NCBI GenBank assembly: GCA_977017645.1
Contig: OZ360228.1
Coordinates: 79,112,001-79,176,000 of the forward strand
Direction: 5' to 3'
Length of the DNA stretch: 64,000 bases
DNA from: Torpedo marmorata
Taxonomy: Eukaryota
Shown here: positions 1 through 11,723 of the stretch, in pieces
Position numbering within the stretch: the first letter of the stretch is position 1
Layout: the number at the start of each line of letters is the position of its first letter
The notes under the pieces: generated by a model
The model's input: the letters and a program-made list of their open reading frames with translations, nothing else
Told to the model about the DNA's origin: nothing
Databases searched by the model: none
Made by a program: the position numbers and the translations under genes

Positions 1-77
1 GGTACACACTGCCTTTGTGCACCAGAAAATGAAAAAATAGAGTAATGAGAATGAAATTATGTAAGAGTAACTTGTTA

Positions 78-2010
78 ACCCTGGCAAATTTCTACAGATG
101 TGTGGTGGAAAGCGTGCTGACCAGCTGCATCGCGGTCTGGTATGGGGACACCAATACCCCTGAGTGTAAAGCCCTCCAAAAGCTAGTGGACACAGCCCAG
201 GACATCACAGGCAAAACCCTCCCCAACATCGAGAACATCTACATGGAACGCTGCTGTTGGAGAGCAGCAGCAATCATCAAGGATCCACACCACCCAGCAC
301 ACGGTCTGTTCTTGCTTCTGCCATCAGGAATCAGAATCAGAATTTATTGTCATGAACAAGTCATGAAATTCAGTGTTTTGCAGCAGCATCATGGTGCAAA
401 CATTCATATTATAACCATCTTACGACATTACTATATAAAAAAAATATATAAATAGTAGTGCACGAAAGTAAGGCAGTGTCTTTGGTTCATTGATTATTCA
501 GGAATCTGATGGCAGTGGGGAAGAAGCTGTCCTTGTGCCGTTGAGTGCTCGACTTTAGGCTCCTGTACCTTTTTCCTGATAGTAGCAGAGTGAAGAGGGC
601 ATGGCCTGGGTGGTGAGGGTCTTTGAGGATAGAGGCTGCTTTTTTAAGACACCGCCTCGTGTAGATGTTCTCGATGGAGTGAAGTCTGGTGCCTGTGATG
701 TCACAGGCCGAGTTAACAACCCTCTGGAGTTTATTCTTGTCCTGAGAGTTGGCGCCTCCATACCAGGCAGTGATGCAACCAGCCAGAATGCTTTCCACGG
801 TACACCTGTAGAAGTTTACGAGAGTCTTCAGTGACATACCGAATCTCCTCAGACACCTCACAAAGTATAGCCGCTGGCGAGCCTTCTTTGTGATTGCATC
901 AACGTGGAGGTTCCAGGACAGATCCTCGGAGATGTTGACACCCAGGAATTTTATGTTCTTGACCCTCTCCACTACTGAACCCTCGATGAGGACTGGGTTG
1001 GGTTCCCCTGACTTCCTCCTGAAGTCCACAATCATCTCCTTCATTTTGCTGACGTTGAGCGCAAGATTGTTGTCATTACACCATTAAATGAGCTGATCTA
1101 TCTCCCTCCTGTACGCTTCCTCATTGTCGTTTGTGATTCTGCCGACAACTGTGGTGTCATCGGCAAACTTGTAGATGGCATTGGAATTGTGACTGGCCAC
1201 ACAGTCATGGGTGTATAACGAGTAGAGCAGTGGGCTAAGCACGCGTCCTTGGGGTGCGCCTGCGTTGATAATCAGTGAGGAGGAGACGTTGTTTCCAATT
1301 CGTATTGACTGTGGTCTTCCGATGAGAAAGTCAAGGATCCAGTTGCAGAGTGGGGTACAGAGGCCTAGAGTTTGGAGCTTCTTGACCAGCACTGAGGGAA
1401 TAATGGTATTGAAGGCCAAGCTGTAGTCGATGAAGAGCAGTCGTATGTATGAATTGCTGTTTTCGAGGTGATCCAGAGCTGAGTGGAGAGCCAACGATAT
1501 TGCACCTGCTGTGGAGCGATTGTGGCGATAGGTGAATTGTCGTGGGTCCAGATATTTGCTTAGGTATGTGTTAATTCTGGCCATGACCAGCCTCTCAAAG
1601 CATTTCATCACAGTAGAAGTTAGTGCTACTGGGCGGTAGTCGTTGAGGCAGCTCACACTGCTCTTCTTGGGTATCGGGATGATTGATGCCCTTTTGAAGA
1701 AGTATAGGTGCCACAAGACTAGCACCACCAGGTTCAGGAACAGCTGCTACCCCTCCACCATCAGACTCCTCTACAATAAACTCAATCAGGGACTCATTTA
1801 AGGTCTTTTACTTGTGCACTTTATTGTTTTTTTATCCTCTCTGTATTGCACAGTTTGCTTACATTTCTTAATTTGTTTACATGTGTACATTGTGTACAGT
1901 TTTTTTGCACTACCAATGAGTGGTAAGTCTGCCGCGCCCGCAGGAAAAAGGAATCTCAGGGTTGTATGTGATGTCATGTATGTACTCTGACAATAAATCT
2001 GAAATCTGAA
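78..2010 (+). mobile_element. 5'-truncated Rex/Babar-type LINE (subfamily 'B'), split by a second LINE (pieces about 78-330 and 1700-2010)
   Basis: ORF 45..455 carries C-terminal Rex-type motifs (NFYRCVVESVLT..WYG..DPHHPAH). The sequence resumes at 1700 (agtataggtgccacaagact), exactly as in the uninterrupted copy at 5111-5160. Tail tgacaataaa(tctgaaa)n. Confidence 0.85.
331..1699 (-). mobile_element. 5'-truncated Rex/Babar-type LINE (subfamily 'A'), RT region with stops, nested in the previous element
   Basis: ORFs 1084..1728 and 487..1044 have [30 protein letters not shown] and YKFADDT RT motifs plus the KKARQRLYF region. Minus-strand tail tgacaataaattctgattctga. Confidence 0.9.
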
Positions 2011-2551
2011 CAAAGGTGATTCCAATGGTATAGCCCACTCTGAATGAGGAAGCAACACAGAGGAAAGGATGGTTTTCAAGATACACCATGACAGACTCTG
2101 ATAAGAATAATTATTCCTTCCTTCTTTGATGATGAAGCTGGCACACAGATATACCAGTTCATTCTGTTCCAGAAGTAGCGATTGGAGAAAAGCATCAACC
2201 CATGTTGTACATGCCAGACCTAGAAACCTGGATTGATATGCAAGAGCCTGATTGTACTCAGGAGATTTATTTCTGTCCTTTGTCAAGCACAAATGGGCTT
2301 TGTAAAAGTTCATTGGAATCCCAGAGTTTGTATAAAGTAGACTGGTTGAGGCAAGAACCAGAATGGCTGCTTGGCTGTCTGACCCTTTTTTAACTACTGG
2401 TTTCAGTGAAGTTGCACTCGAAAATCACATGATTGCTATAATAGAGTGTCGTGGTGAGAAAGGAAGGACTGCAAATATTCAGTGCGCATGGAGGAAGTAA
2501 ATTACCGGTAAGTCAAACAGATGAAAAGTCCAGGTGAAAAAGTGCAGATGT

Positions 2552-2797
2552 TAAAGGTAAAGGTTCCATTATTGTCACGTAATACTACATTTAGAATGTA
2601 ACATACATGAAATTCTTTAATTTTTGTCTACCGTAAGGCAGACAGAGGGTCACTACTTTGTCCAGCGCCCCTCACAGAAACCTACAGCACCTGGTGTTCC
2701 TAGGCGGTCTCCCCTCCAAGTACTGACGAGTCCTGTGCCTGCTTAGCTTCCGAGATCAGACAATCCCAGTCGTATTCAGGCTATTGGTGCTGTATAA
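2552..2797 (-). mobile_element. 5S rRNA-derived SINE (SINE3-type), copy 1
   Basis: The reverse complement of 2678-2797 aligns by eye to vertebrate 5S rRNA (gatctcggaagctaagcagg box A; gtacttggaggggagaccgcctaggaacaccaggtgctgtagg). It is followed by a ~125-bp non-5S tail ending tgacaataatggaa(ccttta)2. A near-identical second copy is at 24468. Confidence 0.85.
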
Positions 2798-4232
2798 GGT
2801 GAAATATCTAGCCCAAAGTAATAGCATTTCATGGAGAGATGTATGAGAAATAAATTATTCATACACTGAGAAATATAAACCAGAAAATGTTAGAGTTGGA
2901 AATATCAGGTTTACACAAATCATTAGAGGCAACACACCACAGGAAGCAATGGCACAGGTCAGTCCTCTGATCATTCCCCACTTCAAAGTACTTAGCAGGG
3001 AATGAAGCAAATTCTCCTGTCAGTATGTTCTGGCATTTTTCAGGATAATGACTTGATGCCTCTCTCTTTCTGAAATGTTCAGATTGGCAGACTGTTACTG
3101 CAGGTCTCACTGGCTTTTTCAAGTTATATTGCATTAATCTATCTACTTTTCTCTTCAGGTACTTCACTAATGCTTGAATTGGCTTGTGCATTCACGACCA
3201 TCCCCACCCCACCCACCCTGCAGTCAATCTATTCCGTAAATTCAAAACATCCATGCAAAGTTGTTACATATGAACTCTGACTCCATGTATTTTGATCTGC
3301 TCTTGGGCTGTGATTGCATTTATTGTTCATCACTGATTTCCCTGTACCAATGAAATCCTAAATTATGATGCTGCCTCAACATGTTTACCTTTGGAAGTGT
3401 AGATTGATCGACCATGACATTGCATGTTACTCAGTCAGTAGGATTGGAAGATCTTACCTAAAGGTGCTTTCATAATTCTTTTTTCCCAGCCCTAGTTTGT
3501 TAAACATTGTAGAGACCCCATCACCCCAAGGACTGGAAATAGCTCAATAAGGCACCTCTACACCTCAATCCCAGGGCAATTAATGATAAACATTAAATAT
3601 ACTCACAGAGATTCTCTCAGATTATTGTTCATAGTAACTTCCCAGTTATTTACGTTAAACAATGATTCCCAGATTCAGCATTGTCACTTTTCTTTAAAAA
3701 CAAGGCTCAAATTCTGCAATCTTCCAGTCCTTTTCCATCATCCTTATATTGAAAGGCGATGGAAGATCTCGGCATCTCTACAATATTGATTCCTATTTCA
3801 CTCAACAACTGAGGATGTTTGCCATCCAGACCAGAGATTGGAGGGATGTGGAAAGTGAAAAACATATCCATGTTAAGTTCTGCAAATCTCTATAATATAT
3901 TCTCTTTATTTTGTTTCATCTCACCTGGCACACTGAGAATCATCTCATTAACCAAACTTTATTCAAGTCCTCTTCTTGGAAAACATTACTTCAAAGTATT
4001 TATTTTGTTCCTTCACAGGTACCTTCTGCTTTTACCAGTGGGTCTCCATTTGGTCCCTAATCTGTCTCAGGTGGCTTTGACAATGCAATTACTGGCAACG
4101 TTGTTTAGATTCCCGTTTATGATAGCCAGTGCTCTATTCATACCCAGGCACTTTGCACTTTAAATGTTCTATTTCTCTCCTTTGCTGTAATTTTATACTT
4201 ATTTACATTCTTTCTTGTATTATTAAGCTCTT

Positions 4233-5464
4233 AAAGATGCATAATTCAGGATGCTCTTTATCGACTACAGTTTGGCATTTAACACCATCATCCCCTCAAA
4301 ACTGATCAGCAAACTCCAAGACCTGGGAGTTAACACCCCACTGTGTAGTTGGATCATGGATTTCCTCACCTCCAGACCACAATCAGTGAAGATTGGTAAA
4401 AATTTCTCCTCCACAATCTCCATCAGTACCGGAGCACCACAGGGCTGCGTTCTTAGCCCCCTGCTCTACTCACTTTACACCTACGACTGTGTAGCTCGGT
4501 ACGACAATAACACCATCTATAAATTTGCCGACGATACCACAGTAATGGGTTGTATAAAGGAAGGGGATGAGTCAGCATACAGGATGGAGATTGAAAACTT
4601 GGCTGAATGGTGCACCAACAACAACCTTACACTCAATGTCACCAAAACTAAGGAGCTGATTGTTGACTTCAGGAAAGGAAAGCCAGAGGTATACAATCCA
4701 GTGATCATTGGGGGATCAGAGGTGGAGAGGGTGAGCAAATTTAGGTTCTTGAGAGTCACTATCTCGGAGGATCTTTCCTGGACCCAACACGCCAATGGCA
4801 TCGTGAAGAAAGCACGTCAGCGCCTCTACTTCCTCAGGAGTTTGCGGAGGTTTGGTATGACACCAGAAACACTGGCAAATTTCTACAGAGGTGTGGTGGA
4901 AAGTGTGCTGACCGCTGCATCATGGTCTGGTATGGGAACACTAATACCCCTGAGCATAAAGCCCTCCAAAAGGTAGTGGACACAGCCCAGAACATCACAG
5001 GCAAAACCCTCCCCACTATTGAGTATATCTATAGGGAATGCTGCCATCGGAGGGCAGCAGCAATCATCAAAGACCCACACCACCCAGCACATGCTCTGCT
5101 CTCGCTGCTGCCATCAGGAAAGAGGCATAGGTGCCACAAGACTCGCACCACCAGGTTCAGGAACAGCTGCTACCCCTCCACCATCAGACTCCTCAACAAC
5201 AAACTCAATCAGAGACTCATTTAAGGACTCTTACTTGTGCACTTTATTGATTTTCTTTTGTTCTCTCTGTATTGCACAGTAAGTTTGTTTACATTTGTTA
5301 TCTGTTTACAATTCTTTTGTTTGTTTCCATGTTTACGCTGTGTACAGTTTTTTTTTTGCACCACCAATAAGTGGTAATTCTGCCGTGCCCACAGGAAAAA
5401 GAAATATCAGGGTTGTATGTGATGTCATGTATGTTCTCTGACAATAAATCTGAAATCTGAAATC
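4233..5464 (+). mobile_element. 5'-truncated Rex/Babar-type LINE (subfamily 'B')
   Basis: ORFs 4251..4976 and 4922..5224 (frameshifted) with [10 protein letters not shown] and YKFADDT. The 3' tail matches that at 1750-2010. Confidence 0.9.
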
Positions 5465-5599
5465 TTATGTGTCCCGTTTTTCTGCTTCAATCAAGTATTG
5501 AATTGCTTCATCACCCAAAAGATCTTGTTTAGCATCTCTCCCTATTCCCTTGCAGAGATATTTCCTGATTTATACAAGGCATTTTCTCTTTAAACACTG

Positions 5600-5720
5600 T
5601 CCCTCTCTGATACGGGGCCTCAACCTAAAACATCAACCATCTCTTTGCTTCCACAGATGCTGTTAGATTCACTGAAGTCCTCAGCAGTTCATTTTGTTCT
5701 CCAGATTCCAATCTCTTGTG
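5600..5720 (+). mobile_element. degenerate Penelope-type terminal repeat fragment
   Basis: ctgatacggggcctcaacctaaaacatc...cacagatgctg resembles the reverse complement of the PLE ends at 55995 and 61451. Confidence 0.45.
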
Positions 5721-6162
5721 CCTCCTTTGCTGCATTTCTGCTTGGCAGATTTAGACACGAATATATCTGAGCCATGAAGAACTGTCCGACATTGAAAATA
5801 GGATCATCCCTGACAACAGCTCAATTCTAGCATAAATTTGTGGCAAGTGGGATCAAACAAAACTCAGAAAATAGATGCATGCAAACATACTGTATGTAGG
5901 GGATTCACAAACCATAATGATGCACCATTCGACACACTGTGGACCTCATACCTAAAGGCCAGTAGACATTGCTGACAGTGAATGCAATCAAAACACTTGT
6001 GTTTGTTGCAATTACAGAAAGTACACTGCTGACTACCGTATATTTCGGCGTATAAGTCGACCCTTGAAACCCTCAAAAATGTCTCAAAAAATGGGGGTCG
6101 ACTTATACGCCGGATATACTTTTGAGACCTTAAATTCAGCTCAAAATCGAGTTCACGCCGAT

Positions 6163-6315
6163 CCGGCGTATAAGTCGACCCCTGAAAACACGATTCCGCG
6201 TATAAGTCGACCCCTGAAAACACGATTCCGCGTATAAGTCGACCCCTAAAAACACGATTCGGCGTATAAGTCGACCCCTGAAAACACGATTCGGCGTATA
6301 AGTCAACCCCTGAAA
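6163..6315. repeat. subterminal ~31-bp tandem repeat (about 5 units) of the TIR core motif
   Basis: Units cacgattc(c/g)gcgtataagtcgacccctgaaaa read directly. Confidence 0.9.
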
Positions 6316-6379
6316 AACCAAAAAAAAACCCGACTGCAACAAATTTTCATTGACATTTTAATTGAAAACAACAAGACAT

Positions 6380-7729
6380 TTAGAACCCTTCAAAATCACT
6401 TTCGCTATCATCGTCTGAGGCAAAGATCTCGGCAAGCACATCCGGGGTCTCACTGTTTAAACAGTCATCGTACGGGTCCCAGTCTGTATCTGATGAGGCG
6501 TCTTCAGCTTCGTCGTCAGTGTCCCACAATAAATCATCTTCCGTACCATCAATTGCACAAGAGATACCGCACTTTTTAAACGATTTTATTATAGTCTCTA
6601 CTTTCACTTTGTCCCATGCCTTGAGCACGAAGTCACACAGCACATCAAGCGATGCAGCACGCATTGCCCCGCCTTTTGTAAATGATTTTTCTGCACTCGA
6701 CATCCATGTATTCCACTCTTCACGCACGTGGTCTTTGAATGGCTTGTTCAAGCAGACATCGAGAGGTTGCAATATAGACGTCAAACCACCCGGGATAACC
6801 GCCATGTGAGTATTATGTTGTGCTAATGTACTTTTAGTCTTCTCAGTTAAGTGGCTACGAAACATATCCCAGACCAGCAAACTCCGTTCCTTGCGTAAAC
6901 CGCCTGGCCGCCTGTTCCACACATTGTCTATCCATAGTTTTACACCATTTTCATCCATCCATCCTTTTTCATGAAAATGTACAAAAATACCTGCAGGGAA
7001 TTTTATTTTAGGTTTAAATTTGCGTTTGAAGATTACCATGGGTCTTAACTTTGTCCCGTCGGCCATGCACGATAACACCACGGTAAACCTGGTCCTTTCA
7101 TGTCCTGTACTCCTCATTTGCACAGTTTTCACACCTTTCCATTCCACTGTTCTATTGCCTATCATGTCAAAATTCATGGGGGTTTCGTCCATGTTTCCAA
7201 TATTTGCCATTGCAAACTTGTGTTTCTTCCGGTTACGTAAAATAAACTGGTGAAAACTTACAACTTTATGATCAAGATCTTTTGGTAGTTTCTGAGCAAT
7301 TTTAGTTTTTTGTCGTAATACCAGATTTTTCCTGTTCATAAAACGGTTGCACCAGCCTACTGAAGCTTCAAAATCATTACTGAGTTCTGGGTGCGACTTT
7401 GCCCAGTTCAGTGCAAATGTCCTTATTTTATTTCGGGTGACTATGTAGCAATCTTGCCTCTGTTCACGTACCCATGCTGCTACATGATTTTCCAACTCTG
7501 GCCAACGAGTGATTCCTCTTCTCATGGAACATTGCCTTTTTGGTATTTTTCTTAAAGTCTCTTCTTTCTTCCTCCAATCTCTTACCAACTTCTCATATAT
7601 ACCAAATTTTCTTGCAGCAGCACAGTTGTTGGTTTTCTTTGCCATTTCTACTACTTTCAATTTAAAACTCGCCTCATACTTTCGTCGTTTCAATTGAGCC
7701 TTCAATGGAGCCTCCATGATAACAATCAC
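6380..7729 (-). CDS. pogo-family transposase, 449 aa (Brinker-like DBD, CENP-B/Tc5 HTH, DDE_1, acidic tail)
   Basis: Motifs YEASFKLKVV..AARKFG, ASVGWCNRFMNRKNL, NMDETP, LLVWD and QPLDVCLNKPFK. There are 35 residues between the 2nd and 3rd catalytic Asp. No stops or frameshifts. Confidence 0.93.
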   Translation of the reverse strand: MIVIMEAPLKAQLKRRKYEASFKLKVVEMAKKTNNCAAARKFGIYEKLVRDWRKKEETLRKIPKRQCSMRRGITRWPELENHVAAWVREQRQDCYIVTRNKIRTFALNWAKSHPELSNDFEASVGWCNRFMNRKNLVLRQKTKIAQKLPKDLDHKVVSFHQFILRNRKKHKFAMANIGNMDETPMNFDMIGNRTVEWKGVKTVQMRSTGHERTRFTVVLSCMADGTKLRPMVIFKRKFKPKIKFPAGIFVHFHEKGWMDENGVKLWIDNVWNRRPGGLRKERSLLVWDMFRSHLTEKTKSTLAQHNTHMAVIPGGLTSILQPLDVCLNKPFKDHVREEWNTWMSSAEKSFTKGGAMRAASLDVLCDFVLKAWDKVKVETIIKSFKKCGISCAIDGTEDDLLWDTDDEAEDASSDTDWDPYDDCLNSETPDVLAEIFASDDDSESDFEGF

Positions 7730-7739
7730 CTCCAGCCAA

Positions 7740-8065
7740 CGCCCAGCAGCTCAATGATCGCGATCGTTATGGGTCGACCTATACGCCGGTCACCGCCCAG
7801 CAGCTCAATGATCGCGATCGTTATGGGTCGACCTATACGCCGGTCACCGCCCAGCAGCTTAATGATCGCGATCGTTATGGGTCGATCTATACGCCAGTCA
7901 ACGCCCAGCAGCTCAATGATCTCGAGCGGTGTGGGTCGATCTATACGTCATTCAACGGCCAGCAGCTCAATCATCGCGTTTTTTTAGGGGTCGACCTATA
8001 CGCCGGTCAACGCCTAGCAGCTCAATCATCGCGTTTTTTTAGGGTCGACTTATACGCCGGTCAAT
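7740..8065. repeat. subterminal 54-bp tandem repeat (about 6 units), each carrying the TIR core ggtcgac(c/t)tatacgcc
   Basis: Units begin at 7740, 7794, 7848, 7902, 7956 and 8011 (cgcccagcagctcaat...). Confidence 0.9.
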
Positions 8066-10756
8066 GCGCAACATCTCAGGCATCGAGATTTTTGGGGTCG
8101 ACTTATACGCCGGATATACCATAAAACCATTAAAATGAGGCTGAAAAAGGGGGGTCGACTTATCCGCCGGTCGACTTATACGCCGAAATATACGGTATGT
8201 AACTTGTAAACTAACTATGCTGCCAGTTCTTAATGTCAGTCTCTTGACGTGCTAAGCAACAATATAAACCAGGAAGAAGCACATAGGCATTCATTGTACA
8301 CAAGGGCAACATTTAACCATAAAACGTATTAATTATTGCTAGGTTCACCTGCTATCATATTTAATTCTGCTAAAATATAATTTCTCCAACAATAAATGTG
8401 ATAGAATTTGCCAAATTGACTGCAAAAAAGAAATCTGTATAAATTCTGTGATAGATCCTCTTAATGAAGAATTAAATGGCTAACTAGCCAAAGCCATATG
8501 TGATGGAAAAAAAGTGACATTTTTTCGTTATTGTACCATGCTCATACAAACAAAAAATATTTTAGAAGTGCTAAAGGTCCTGTGAACAGATAAATAAGTG
8601 CAGATAAACATTTCAAGATTGGGAAGCAAAGTCTATAAATGGAATCGAAGGTAGGAGCAACCTTTAACAAATTTCACCATAAATCACTGGCTTCTGGAGC
8701 TGCAGATCAAGTCGCAATTCATAAGACTTGTGCGATGTTAAACTAAGATACCATTCAAAGTTAACATGCTCTGAGTTAAATACAGACCATGCAATTAGAT
8801 CATTTGCCTAACTATATTTTATAATTTTTTTGCATTGAAACATAAAAGCTAATGAATATTATAATATTTTTCATTTAAAAGTAAACTATTCAAGAACTCT
8901 GCCTTCTGTTTTACAATCATGGCGACTATTGACATTGGTAAATAATGTAAGTAAATGACTGAATAAGGGTTCTCACAATTAAAATTTTGGAGATCTATAA
9001 ATGTAGGGTATAAGGCATTTCGGACTTGGAGTTTAATCACCCATATGCCTGAGCTGTGTGTTGTGTTATATGTTACACGTCACATTCTTATTCTCTGAGC
9101 TTTATTTTGAAGAATTTACCACCTTAAGTAAATTTTTATTTAAATATATCAACCCATTTGACATTTTATTCACTAGTTACAATGGAAAATATGAATTGTA
9201 AGAATGGTAAATTGTGCTTGTCATTATTGTTTCATGATCTGTAACACCAGGGTAATCCATTCCATGAGGATAGCAAGCTACAATTTAAAAAAAATCTGCA
9301 TGTGCCTTTGTTCATTGTCAACTATAAATACATGGATAGCCAAGCTCATGTAAAGGCCTTGAATTTCTGCCACATTGATCTTGGTGATGTCAAAGGAACA
9401 GATGCCATACGTATATACATTTGAAGGAAAGATCGACAATATGTCACGGTATAAAGCAAAACCATATGTAGGATGGATTATACATCAATGCAATTATGAT
9501 AGCATCAACCAGACAGCTGTTCTTCTCCAATAATGATAAATGATAAAGCGGAATGCTATTTCCCTAAAATAAGTAATCTTCACATAAACCAACATAATTT
9601 GTAAAAGTGTTTATCGTAAATTAGTTCACTTGAAATGTGCAAGTTTCTATGTCTAGCTCATTAAAGTAAATTGAAGCAAAACACTCATTTTAAATCATAG
9701 AAATCATAGATAATTATGTATCAGATTAAGGAATCATACAATGTTTTATGTGTGAACTAATTATCACTATATGACCATTTAATGAATTATATGGCACTCC
9801 CACCCCAATTAAGCTGATGTAACAGCATTTAGCTTATTTTTCCATTTGAAAAAGCCAAGAGGAGATCATTGTTTTGGACCATCTTGTGTTTGCTGGATGA
9901 AGTCCCAATTACTTCTCGCTGTTTTATATGTGTATTACTGTTGCTATGGAGCTCACTAAAACTAGTTAAGCTGCATATAGCTCTCTGCTTGGAGAGAATG
10001 TTGTACAGTTCAAGAGTATGGCTGTTTGTGACTTTCATTACTTGGTTTAGAACAGAAGGATCAAGCAGTGTCAGCAATCCACCTGATTACATTCCAAGTC
10101 TCCATTATTGGATGTCGCATTAGTCACTTCATTTTCCACATTTCCTCATGTAAGTTAAGCCAGCTGTTTTGGAAAAGCATTTTGAATTGTTTCCATTAGG
10201 GTCTGCGTGGAGTGGCTTAATAATGGGGCCACCAACCTGAAAGCAGGTGGAGGGGGTCAAGTAAATAGAGCCCACATGACTTTTTAACATAACCAAAATA
10301 AAGAAAGGTTTTCTTTTCTCTCTTGGTCTGAATCCAGTTACTCGGAATGTGGCTGTTCAACAAAAAATATCACTTGAATGCTGATTAATTATATAGTTTT
10401 CGCAACTAATAAAACCCTCTATTTTGAACTAAAACAGAATTGCTTTTAAAATCTCCTTGGAGATTTTAATCATTATCACAGAATATAATCTAGAATGCTG
10501 CATGCCTCAATGGTGTCTCTCAGAATAAAAAGATGGTATTTTAATTGAATTCTGAGGAATTCTCTATTTCTTCGGAACCCAGTTTCATTTAAGAAATTTT
10601 GAATTATGATGTGCACAAATTACCTTGTAGATATGATGAAAATAGTTGCATCATAAGTTTGTGGTACATAGGGGTTTAATAACTCTGCTGCCAAGAAGAA
10701 AACACTGGATAATATAAACTTTCTGGTACATGTGATTTTATTTTTAAGCTGATCTT

Positions 10757-10766
<10 letters not shown>

Positions 10767-10828
<62 letters not shown>
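10767..10828. repeat. (CA)n microsatellite
   Basis: About 31 CA units. Confidence 0.97.
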
Positions 10829-10832
<4 letters not shown>

Positions 10833-11723
10833 CACTCAGTTTCATTTGTGTAAATTAGAATTTTAGGTATTTATATTATTTAAGATTTTAATTAGTGTAA
10901 GAGTGATAAAAACAGCTGGATCTATAATTGTCATTTCAAACCAGTGGGTTTCTTGGACAAGGTCGAGTTATTAGAATCCTTATTTACACCCCCAGGACCT
11001 TTTTGTTCCATTGGGGGTGTCTATCACTTGCAGTTAAACGTACATGTTTAGAAATTGCATGCAGAGTATCAGCAGTCTTGTCTGAGATTCCCCACTATCC
11101 CAGCCAAGCTAGTCCTGCCCAAGCATTTTCTTCATCATTTCAGTGAGTTCTGTATGTGAGCCAGCACATTCTTAAGCAAATGATCCAGTAAGCATGGTTA
11201 CTGGCTCCTGAGCACCGGCTGTCTGAGCGTCAGCTCTTACTTAGCGGGAGTTTTTAAGTAACTGAAAGCACAAGTTCAGGTTATCAGTTTGATCAGAGTT
11301 GTTGAGATAAATTGCAGTTTTATTTAGGTAGCTGATGCATTCAAGAAGGATACCGTTGTTCTTTAAATCTTCAGCCTGGCATTGTTGACGCCTCAGGTAC
11401 TCTGGCTTTACAATGAATGACTGCTGTGTTGACTTTGTCTAATTATAGGGGAGTGGCAACAGAACCAATGATGGGCAGCGTCACACTTGGTGGGATATTT
11501 GAGAAAGTCTGCCGCAGCCATGGAGAGAGGGAGAAGACAGACCAATGACTGACATAAAAATGGCTCTTCACTTGGCAAAAAATGTAGACAAATTGGCAGT
11601 GTTACATGATGTTGCTTTACTTTTAACTGGGACTTTGACTGATGAAACAATTGCCAAAATGTCCGTCAGATTTAAACAGTTGACATACAGTGCCGGTTGG
11701 CAGAAGTGAAAGATAATGTAATA

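Larger units (their letters stand above)
6036..8195 (-). mobile_element. pogo-superfamily DNA transposon (Passer/POGK-like, DD35D), full length
   Basis: Perfect 27-bp TIRs CCGTATATTTCGGCGTATAAGTCGACC (6036-6062 and 8169-8195), flanked by TA (6034-35 and 8196-97), enclosing one uninterrupted transposase ORF. Confidence 0.95.

Noticed and set aside
2678-2797. Functional 5S rRNA gene (also at 24594-24707)
   Set aside because: The 5' third is diverged, there is no T4 terminator or tandem rDNA spacer context, and both copies are fused to a LINE-like tail, so this is a SINE.
6380-7729. Domesticated host gene POGK
   Set aside because: No KRAB exon, and it retains perfect TIRs and a TA TSD, so it is a transposon copy.
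7694-7987. 97-aa repetitive ORF (also 5864..6223 and 6136..6342)
   Set aside because: Translation of the transposon's subterminal tandem repeats.
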